Assembly: GCA_022605425.2 (NCBI GenBank)
Contig: JAKIMF020000004.1
Coordinates: forward strand, 434,001 to 498,000
From: Hamiltosporidium tvaerminnensis FI-OER-3-3
Lineage: Eukaryota; Fungi; Microsporidia
Direction of reading: 5' to 3'
Length of the DNA stretch: 64,000 nucleotides
Part shown: piece after piece, positions 25,193-35,617 of the stretch
Layout of the letters: every line of letters begins with the position of its first letter
Position numbering within the stretch: position 1 is the stretch's first letter
The notes under the pieces: generated by a model
What the model saw: the letters and a program-made list of their open reading frames with translations, nothing else
Databases searched by the model: none
What the model was told of the DNA's origin: nothing
Program-made: the position numbers and the translations under genes

Positions 25193-26939
25193 AATTAAAG
25201 ATAAACATATCCTATAAATTAATTCAAAATCCGTGATCATTATCTGCTAAATAAACTATTCTTTCTTCATAATGCTTTTAAATTTAATGAAGTATAATTC
25301 TAAATTCTCAAAAAACTTGAATTTATATTTATTTGAGAAAAACTGAGGTAAATGCTAAAAAAAAATTTTACGCTCCGTATAGGATTTTCGACTAATTCTC
25401 ACCACGGTTATCAAACGCCTGCCCAATCTTCTAGCGTTAAAAATGTTGATATGTCTTTTTGCATTTTAAACTATATCTATATTTGTAGTATAGATATAAT
25501 CTTGGCTAATTGGTTGAATCGATTTTGTATGGCTTGAAGTATTTAAAGTATTAAATATACTAATGAATTGCTTATTTGTAGCTTTATATCTAACTTCGGT
25601 TTTTTATTTTCGTTATATAAGGTGGCTTTTTGTTTACACTATATACTTTGGACATATATAATAGTTGATTCTGATTAAGAGTTTATCCGTTTATTATGAA
25701 ATTCGCTGGTTTTTTCTCTTTGGAATTATTGCACCTTTTTTTATATTGACTTGTTTCTTTTCAAAGAATGCAAAAGTTGCTAAAATTATTTTAAATCGTA
25801 CATGGTATCTTATAACCCTCTCCGAATTTCTTTAAAATAAGTAAAAAGCTCCTTCATTTTGGCTATAATTTTTTTTGTATTTACAATTTGTGTATGCAAC
25901 ACACCATCTATCTCATAGAAATATACAGGTTGAAGTCAAAAAACTCGTTAATCTTGTCGTAGTAAATGAAAATTTTTTAGTTCATTAATTGTATGAAATA
26001 ATTTATAAAGATTTAATTTTATGTAACGATTCATCTCAACGTTTGATACTTATTTAAATTAACATCATCTTTGATTTTATATATTTTCTATGTGTTCCTA
26101 AGTATATATAGATACTTAGACTACCCGAAAGTTAGCAAAATGATGTTAAATCATTAAATTTCGTTTTTTTCTCACAATTTCCTTGATATTTCTCATCAAA
26201 ATAAAGTCACATATTTTTCCATTGAAATAAAAAATGAATATTCCTTAAGTAAAAGTCAAAAACAGAATTAAAATATATTTTTGTATTTTTTATCTATTTA
26301 TCTATTTATATTTCTTTTTGTAAATTTTTTTCGAGCTTTCGTTCAATTAAACAGAATAGTTTGAGAATTCAACGTTTTTTTTGAATAAAATCTACATATT
26401 ATTCCGTTTATAATTTTTTTTAATATATACATATTTAACTACCAACCGATACAAGATTTTTCTTGCGTAAAAATAATGTATTTTATCAAGTATGATTTTA
26501 TAATCTAAACATTCTAATATAGCTTAAGTTACATTTAGATGATTTTCTCGTTCAATTTATGGCTGGTTTAGTTTACATATATTTAGTATATTTCTATATT
26601 TTTTTAAGAATCCAGTTAATATAACCAAAATAAAAATGTATTTTTTCAAGTCAATCAGTACTTATAAAGATTTTAATCGTTTAAAACGTCACCGGATTTG
26701 TAAATAATATAGTTTATAGATATGAAAATTTTTTTATTTGAAACTAATTTTTATTAAAACTGAAACATGAAAAAGTAAAGAGAATTAATTATTGAACTTA
26801 TAAATAAAATACAAAAAACAAAAATTTTCAATGTATATTTTGATAAAAATATAGAAAATCAAAATAAATTTACCAAAAAAAGTAATGAAACTGATTAAAA
26901 AATATTTTTTTCCTTATATATGAGCCCAAATGTAAATCC

Positions 26940-28109
26940 ATGAAAATTTTAATCTTGTATGTTGCTATTATATTTTCGGGATCTATTCATAAAAAAAATA
27001 AAAATTTAAATCGATCAGACTTACAACAATTCAAAACAAACAAAAACCACTTGATTAAACAAGAAAAAGCCAGAATTTTAGAATTTAAACAAAAAAATAA
27101 AGAAAAAACCAAATTAACTTTCCAAATAAAAGAAAAAGAAACGAAATTTAATAAAATGGAAATACTATTAAGTAAGTCCATGAAACAATACGAAAAATCG
27201 AAACAACAAAAAATTAAAAGTTCTGGTGCTCAATGTAGTGAAGAAAATAAAGATTTCGATATTTCAGATAATCTTAAAGTTTTTGAACAAATTAATAAAG
27301 TGCAAATCGAGATCTCTAAATTATTGTTTGAATTAATCACTATTTTTTCATCTAAGAAAAGCCTCACTAAAAGATTAGCGTTTTTAGCCGATGGCTTTAA
27401 TGATCGCAATGAACTTCTTTTTAATCTTAATGAAGAAGAAACTGGTATTCTAAATGAAGTATATAAAAGATTCGATGAGATAAAAAAAGAAGCATTAGAT
27501 GATGAGTATAAATTTAAAATTTATTATGAAAAATTTAAACGCACAATTTTGAATTGCGAAACCATAGGTGAGATGAATATTTCAAAAGAAAAAACTACCG
27601 ACGCAAATAAATATTATAAAAAAGACTCGAAATCAATTCGCACTAAAAATACCGATCTAACATATGATTTAAATGGTGGGGATGATATTATGAACGAGTC
27701 CCCAAGTATTCTAACACATTCAAGCGATTCTTATTATAGTGTTGAAACTACCAATTCCCCTAAGAAAAAATCACCATGCAATTCACAAGCTATTATATCT
27801 CCATCGACACCTTCGATAAAAAATAGTTTAAATCTCAATTCAAAGAATTCACTGAATTATAAGGAACTCGAACAGGATATTAAAGATAAAGCACCACAAG
27901 CTTTACCTATCTCGGCTAAAAGTATTTCACCAAAAAACATACTTCCAACAAAAAATATTACAGCTGGCAAGGCTCTAATAACTCTTTCTGATCCAAGTAA
28001 GAACGTTGACAGGTTTGAAACTGTCTTTAACCATTCGTATGAAGTTGGCGCAAAAAAAGAATATATTGCAAATTTAAAGCTAAAGAAAACCCAAAAAAAG
28101 AAATTATAA
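26940..28109 (+). CDS. Hypothetical secreted coiled-coil protein with an S/P-rich tail
   Basis: Signal-peptide-like MKILILYVAIIFSG, a K/E-rich coiled coil, SP/TP repeats and a basic C-terminus. Confidence 0.8.
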   Translation: MKILILYVAIIFSGSIHKKNKNLNRSDLQQFKTNKNHLIKQEKARILEFKQKNKEKTKLTFQIKEKETKFNKMEILLSKSMKQYEKSKQQKIKSSGAQCSEENKDFDISDNLKVFEQINKVQIEISKLLFELITIFSSKKSLTKRLAFLADGFNDRNELLFNLNEEETGILNEVYKRFDEIKKEALDDEYKFKIYYEKFKRTILNCETIGEMNISKEKTTDANKYYKKDSKSIRTKNTDLTYDLNGGDDIMNESPSILTHSSDSYYSVETTNSPKKKSPCNSQAIISPSTPSIKNSLNLNSKNSLNYKELEQDIKDKAPQALPISAKSISPKNILPTKNITAGKALITLSDPSKNVDRFETVFNHSYEVGAKKEYIANLKLKKTQKKKL

Positions 28110-28377
28110 GAAATTATCCAACTAAAATAAAATTATTTTGAAATTTATTTCCAATTGTCTTTTATTAACTTAATTAAATTAATTTTTTTTATTTCATTTT
28201 TAATGTTTCTAACTGATTAATACAAAATATTTATGTAAATTTATATAACTGACAACATTTAAATATAATCATGAATATATTTATACTTCTAATATTCATT
28301 GAATTATATTTATTTTATCCCAAACTATTTAATTAAAATAACTATTAAACAATAATTACTATTATAATAGAGACTCT

Positions 28378-29093
28378 TAGTGGAGGGAGGCTAACCACAT
28401 AAAAAACTTTCTGCTTGGCAATGAGTGTGTGAAACTGGTGTGAGATAATTGTTTGGATTTTTGGTGGGAATAAAACCACACTACATCTTTGGTTGTGCCA
28501 TGGGAGTTTGTATGAGGAGGGGAGGTCTAAGAAATGGTGAAACTTTTTCTACAAATTTATTTGTAGTTTTTTATGTAACCAGATTGCAGACCGCGGCTGA
28601 ACATGTAGGTAATTGCTATATAAAAGCATGGAAACCTAGCCTTGCTCCCTCGGGTTAGAAGACTTACCGCCTGGGAGATATAAAAATAAAAACCATTTAA
28701 AGCCGGGAGAGCTAAGTAGCAGGTTATACTTGTTTTATGGCATTGCACTGTCTAGGTGGACTCTATGTAAGTCTCTGAAATATATCTTAGCTAGAAGTTT
28801 ATTGGGTTCGGAAAGTGTAGGTAGGTGAGAATGTTGCATCGTCTTAGGGGAGCCCAGGGGGCTTCGATCAAATTCCATGCAACGGACATTAACGGCCTCC
28901 GGGCAACTGCCTCGCCTATTAATTCGGTCATGCCCACCTATTAGATGAAAGGCTTTGGGACGTAGGTATCGCAGGGGTTACTGATGGAGTGTTGGGGTAG
29001 CAGTCATTTATGTTAAACCTAGAACTGCGTTAATGTCATAAAAACAAATATAACACTTGCCACTATTTTAAAGATGTGATACTTTTAAATAAA
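28378..29093 (+). repeat. Structured ~716-nt element, copy A (full length, 14-bp TSD)
   Basis: Starts TAGTGGAGGGAGG and ends GATACTTTTAAATAAA. Flanked by ATAATAGAGACTCT at 28364-28377 and 29094-29107. Confidence 0.92.
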
Positions 29094-29804
29094 ATAATAG
29101 AGACTCTGTTTTTCATATTTACCGGCTTTTTTAATTCAATATATAGAATTCACTATCTTATAAACATTTAAATAAAATTTTTATAGAATTTAAATCTAAT
29201 AAACATTTATTCAAACAATTTAATTTTAATTTCAAATAAAATTTTTATAGAATTTAATATATAAAATATAGTTTAATAAATCTATAAATATATTTTCCCA
29301 TCAAGTTTTTTAATTAATTATTTTCAAAAAATATTAGAAGTCTAAATATCTCTTGTACTAAAATTCAAGCACAATCCTATAAACTTCTACATTTCCAAAG
29401 CTGTGTTTTGAGTGTATAATCTAAGTATAATAAGACAAATACAGATTATTTAATCAATTAAAATATATTTTTTTGATTAAAGTCCTTAGAATGTAAAAAG
29501 TAAAATTGAAGTTGAATTGGTTTATTTATCAAAATCAATTAAAATACTTTGAATACACGAGAACATGGTTTTCTAATTTTAAAAAATATTTTTTCAATAT
29601 AGAAAGACATAAAATAAAGTAAATATCCTTAGAAAAATATCTAAAGATAAACAAAATTTATCTTTAGATAAAAGAATAGATATTTCTTAGTTTTATAATA
29701 TAAATTACATCTATGAACTCAAACAAAAAAAGTTCAAAAAAATATTATAAAAAGAAGAAAAATAGAAATTTTAAAATATTTAATAAGAAAATATTAAAAA
29801 ATAT

Positions 29805-32800
29805 TTATTCAAAGGAATTGTCAATTAATAAAAATCTTTTATATTTTTCAATTATTAATTCACAAATTGATAAGATTTTAGAATTAGTGGATTTCTTAGA
29901 AATATTTAGTACGGATTGATACAGATCTGTATTTAATAAATATATTTTATTATCTTCATTTATTTCAAAGTCAATAACTTCATTAATAAAAATTAAAGAA
30001 GGTAAAGCTATTCTCTTTATTTTTATTTTTTTATTCAAATGATTCAAACTATTTTCAGTATCTAAGAATTTAAGTAAAAAAAATATTAAATTTTTTCGTG
30101 ATTCGTAAAGATTTTTAAATAAAAAATTAAAAAGACTGCTATCACTATGTTTCCAAGAAGAAAGTACACCTTGATAGAATTCATATTTAAAGTTGTCATT
30201 CAATGTATCTAAAATTTTAAAACAAATTTTGAAGTGTAATTCATCTCCATAAAGGTTTTCTACCAATTCGTTTTTAAAGCTTAAATATTGATTTAAAAAC
30301 TTTTTAATTGAAGATGATTTTGATTCAAATATTTCATTAATTTTATTTTCTATTTTATCATCTTTTTCTAGGACATTATTATCAGATTGAAGTACTAGTG
30401 GAATATTATTTTCATTTGAGGAATAAAAATTTGTATTTGATTGGTTTATTTTAGAAGAAATATTATTTTGCATATTTAAAACAATTTTAATGCAAATTTG
30501 TCTGAATTCTCTACTTTTATCAACCATAAATCTAATAAAAGATTCCATTAAAATATCTTCATTGATTTCTAAAAACAAAGAAGTTAAAAAACATTCCTTC
30601 CTGACAAAAAAACCTACGTCGCCAGAAAAACTTACTTCGTAATTTTCCATTCCTAATAAAATATTATTTTCAATTGTTTTTAAATATTCATTACTCATAA
30701 ATTCTTTAACTTTTTCTATTTTATAGTTTATAAACCATTTTCTAATTGCACAAACAGTATTTGATTTAACATTATAATCATTTCCTTCTATATTCTTCAA
30801 ATACTTCTCTAAAACCAACTTTCTATCAATTTCATTAAATAAATTACAACAAATATAAGATTTGTTATTTTTTCTTCGTAGACCAAGCAATGATAATTTT
30901 CTAAAATTTTCTGAAAATCTACACATAATTTTCCCTATGAATTCAGAATATTCTGGTAAAATATTTTTATCAAAAACAAAAATTATATTGTCTATCTGTG
31001 ATTCAATATGAGAAGAGATATCACAGTAAGTATCTTCGGTATGGAAATTTTTACATTTTATTCCAAATATATTTTCGTTTATAATTTTACCTTGCTTTAA
31101 TATTTTAATAAATATTTCAAGAAAAGTTTTGCAAAAATCTTCAAAATTTTTCATTCCAAAGAATTTTTTTAATTTGATTTCAAAAACTTTTAAAATAATT
31201 CTTAAATCAATTTCTTGCACCAAAATTTCATTACAGACTAAAATAATTCCATGTAAAACATTGAAATCAAGAATATTCAAATCTGTGTTTATACTTCGAA
31301 TCTCAAATATTTCCTTTTTAATAGTATTTACTGCAGAATATATTTCAAATTTTAAAAAATTATTATTTTTTATTTCTGAGGCACTCATTTCCCAGAAAAA
31401 TTTCTTTTAAAATTTTTAACCATATTTCATTTCCATTCAAATAATTTTTAAAATAAACTAATCGTTTATAAAAATGTTTTACCAATAATTTTGAAGAATA
31501 AATTCTAATTTCTAAATTATAATGAAATACAGAATCTATAAGTCTTTTGAAAATACACACGGATAGTAATTTAGGGCAAATGTATAGGTTTTTAGTAGAT
31601 TTATATTTTTTTTCAAATAAATTATTTTCTATATTTTCTGTTTCACATATTTCCTCTTTAGAAACTTCCTTAGAGTGAAATAAATCTTTTGAAATTATAT
31701 TTTCTATATTTTCACATAAATTAGAATCTGATATTTCGCTTTTAGAAATTTCTGATTTTAAATCTGTTTTTTCTTTTTCATTTTTACACATTTCAACATC
31801 AGAATTTAAATATCCGTAATATTCATAATTTTTAGGATTTTTAGAATCCTTGGTATCTTTAATATATTTTACAATATTTTTATTGCACAGTAAAGATTCT
31901 AATGCGGAAAAACACTTCTGAATTCTAAAAATATTGTCATTTTCTACAATTTCTAAATATAAATTACCATTAAAAAGATTGTTTCGGCCTATAAACTCTC
32001 GAATTATCGAAGCAGCACCTCTTCTACAATTTAAATTAGAATCTAATAACGAATTAATAAAAACTTCACAAAAAATTACCGAAGGAATTTTTCTTTTCTT
32101 TTTCACTAAACACCATACAAAAAATAAACACATTTCACGCAAATAAACAACCTTAGTATCGTTTGATTTATCTCTCGACATCAGATTAAGAACATAAAAA
32201 AGTATTTCATTTTCATAATCAATATTTTCATTCAAATTTTTTATTCCATTATTTTCTTTATGCAAAATTCTGTCGTTTAAAATATAAAAAGATAAAATTG
32301 TTAATGCATTAATATAAAGAGATTCATTGGCAAATATATCTCTTTTAAAAACATCCAACAGAAATTTATCTGAATTTTTTACAAATTTAGAAATTTTTTC
32401 ATAACACTTAGCTAAGGTCCACGAAACTTGCATATTTTCTTCTCTGAGATTATTAATAATATAATTAAGAATTTTTATAGAATCAAAGACACCTTTCAAT
32501 GTCTGATTAGTCAGTATTTTAAAAATCCGTCTTTTTATGAGATTTGAATGATTAATTTTTATAAAATTGGTTTTAAAAATAATTTTTACAACTTTTTTTT
32601 CTGTTCAAAATTTTTATGATCGAATTCGAAAAAACGAGCAATGTTCTCATTTTCATCTGAAAAATAGATAGAAAGACAAACGAGTTTAGATAAATGATTA
32701 ATTATTGAAAAGAAAACATGATTAGAAACTTTTTTTCCAAATATATTTGATTCATATATTTCTATACAATTATCTGATTTCTTTAGCAGCAAAGCAATAC

Positions 32801-33122
32801 ATCTGACACAAAACTTTTCTAAACTAATTATTTCTACACATTCAAAAACAAATTCTAATATTTCGTTATTTTCTTTTGTTTTAAAAACAAATGGATTACT
32901 TAAAATATTCATTATCCAAATTATCAATACAATTCGAATTTTTTGTATTTTTTCATCCGTTACTTTCTTATTTTTATGTATTTCCTTATATTCTACGATA
33001 TATTGTTTTAGGTTTCTTAAAAATGTTATGCACGTTGGCAATTTATTTTGAATTTCTAGATATTTTTTATTTTCTAAATCTTTCTCAACAATAGAGAAAT
33101 ACAACATAAAATCTTCATTCAT
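29805..33122 (-). CDS. TBCD: Tubulin-specific chaperone D, split into three ORFs (32586-33122, 31363-32499, 29805-31388)
   Basis: IVLIIWIMNILSNPF, VSWTLAK, LREMCLFFVWC, LDSNLNCRRGAASIIREFIGR and MENYEVSFSGDVGFFVR match TBCD motifs in the correct order. Confidence 0.88.
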
Positions 33123-33893
33123 TATATATCCAGGGTGTTTGTATTTTTAAGACAAAACAAAAATATAAAATAAAAAAATAAGATGAAACTTAAACAGAAA
33201 ATATTCTTCATGATTTGTGGACAAGCGGTTTTGTTTAAAAAAATATGTTTTACTTTGAAATATGTAAATTAGTTTAAATCAAAACGAAAATTTAACTAAA
33301 ATAATTTTAATAAAAATAAGCAAATGTTTAGGCTTTTATAATATTGTGTTGAGATGAACCCTTAATAATATATAAGATAGAGTTTTACGAAATATCATAG
33401 TTTTTATCTTAAAATATAAATATCAGTACAAATAGAAGCATACATTTAGTCGATAGTACTCAAAAAGAAACTCAATATATTCCTTTGGTCGAACGATAAG
33501 ATTGGATTAAAGATTGGACGTCGATGGAATCCGAAAAAGAGCATTTAATAATCCTTTAATTATCAGAAATATGCGGCTTAAAACCTGCCTAAATCCATAC
33601 CAAGGAACAATATATTGTAAAGAAAACATAGATAAAAGTTATCGACCTTCTTCTCCTCTCGATTTAGAGGCATTAAATGAATAAAAGATTACTTATCGAT
33701 TCGAAATATAGAAAATAAACAGCATCTAAAAACATCTAACCAAAAAACAAGAAGGTAATTAAAAGCGACTAGAGATACACTAAGCAATGCAATAGCCGAA
33801 TGGTTTGCTAAATTTACCTAATTTAACCCGTAATTTCGTGAATATGATATTTTAGTTTCAACTATAAAAAACTAACATTATTTTTGGAGTAAA

Positions 33894-34624
33894 AAGTGAA
33901 ACGAGGATAACCACAATAAAAAAAATAATTTCGGCAAAGTTTATCTTAAACAGGAGCGAATATCATCGTTTAAAATTTTGATGGAAGTAAAACCACATTA
34001 AATCATCAGTTTTTTCATGAAGATTTTGTATGAAGAGGAGAAGGATCTAGGAAGGGTGAAACTTTTTCAAACATTTTTTTGTATTTTTTTATGTAAATAG
34101 ATCGAAGCCCACCGATGAACTTGTAGGTAATTGCCATGTAAAAGCATAAAAACCTGACCTTGCTCACTCGGATTAGAAGACTTAGCGCCTGGGAGATATA
34201 AAAAATATAACTATTTATGTCGGGAAAGATCAGTAGCAGGTTACCTGTTGGTATGACGTTGCACTGTCTAAGTGGACCCCAGCTAGGTCTCTGAAATATA
34301 TCTTAGCTAGAAGTTTATTAGGTTCAGAAAAGGTAGAGTAAGTGGGAAGGCTGCATCTTCTTAGGGGCGCCCAGGTTGGGTTTCGACCTACAGTCACATT
34401 CTTAGCAACGGTCATTAACGAACACCAGGCAACTTTTTCGCCTATAAATCAGGTTCTACATACCTTTGGGCATAATTTTTAAAATTTAGTTATCATAGCT
34501 GGTACCGATCATGTGTTGGGGGAGCATAGCAGTTGTTTATGTTAAAGCTAGGACCGTTTTAATGTTGTGAAAACACATTTAGCATTTGCCACTGATTTAA
34601 AAGGATGTTATACTTTTAAATAAA
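33894..34624 (+). repeat. Structured ~716-nt element, copy B
   Basis: Collinear with copy A. Core block at 34289-34319. Ends TACTTTTAAATAAA. Confidence 0.9.
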
Positions 34625-34985
34625 GTTGTTTAGTTTTAGAATCTAGTAATTTATATAAAATCATTTATTCTTTAGTTAAAAATTCACTAATAATTTTAAG
34701 ATAAGTATTACTTTTGCAATATTTTGTAGTACATTTTAAAAACATAGTTTATAAAATTTTTATGTTACAAAAATTCTAAAGAAACAGCAACATATTTTAG
34801 TTATTGGTTCTTAGATTCTAAATTTAAATCTATCAATTTTTTTTACTTGTTCCATTCCTCTTTACCTCTTGGTGTCGAGGATAAACAAATGGAGGTTTTT
34901 GAATGGCTTCTTTTAATCAATTGTAACTCGATATTATAAGAGAAAGACATATAAATTCAATTTTCTTATATTCTGTACATGGAAT

Positions 34986-35057
34986 AATGATTTGCACACC
35001 GATTTTACACACTCAAGGCCGATCAGATAGTTTTTAATATGGTTATTATTTCTTCAC
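34986..35057 (-). repeat. Fragment of the 5' head of the ~716-nt element (copy G)
   Basis: Reverse complement ATAACCATATTAAAAACTATCTGATCGGCCTTGAGTGTGTAAAATCGGTGTGCAAATCATT matches the heads of copies A and D. Confidence 0.6.
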
Positions 35058-35617
35058 CCTTAAATTAATCAATCAGAATGTAATCGATACCAATACTGAC
35101 TCAATCCCGATTAACTTCGATGCTCACCAATATAATGCGTTCTAAATAATTACTTTTCGCAAAATTTTTGAATTCAAAATATTTCTTGAATTTTTTATAG
35201 ATATTTTTAAATGCATATTAATTTTAGAACTATTTCACCAAATAAAATTTAATATCTATTTAAAAAGTAGATAAATGCCAAAAAAATATATTTTACTCTT
35301 TTTAGTAAAATTATACTAATAATAGTTTAACTCCTTTCTAAGTTAATTATTTAGGTGGTCTTAGCTACTGAATATAAAAATCGCTACTGTTTATCAAATA
35401 GCCTCGAAAATCGAGGTTCGTATCAAATAAATCATATACCGGAAATATCTTTGTATAAAAATCAAAATTTTTTATTAGTGAGAACATAAATATATTCTTA
35501 TATTTTTTGAGATTTCTGAGCATAACTACGTTCTTAAGAAAATCAAGAAAAAAATGATATTAATTTTATTCCGCAAGAAATATAAACTTAAACTGGAGTT
35601 AAGAACTATTATTTTTA

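Noticed and set aside
28381-28452. Element head derived from RLE coding sequence (LLGNECVKLV*D, cf. LENE..KL.WD)
   Set aside because: Only a short resemblance that is not maintained across copies. It would need a TBLASTN or HMM test.
28449-28658. Small ORF shared by element copies A and C (37616-37849) as a protein-coding gene
   Set aside because: TTG starts, mostly non-synonymous differences between A and C, different stop positions, and the frame is broken in the other copies.
28755-28792. Group I intron R/S-like words on the minus strand (AAGATATA, TTCAGAGACT..AGTCC)
   Set aside because: Wrong order and spacing, with no room for P3/P8. Better explained as a small local hairpin.
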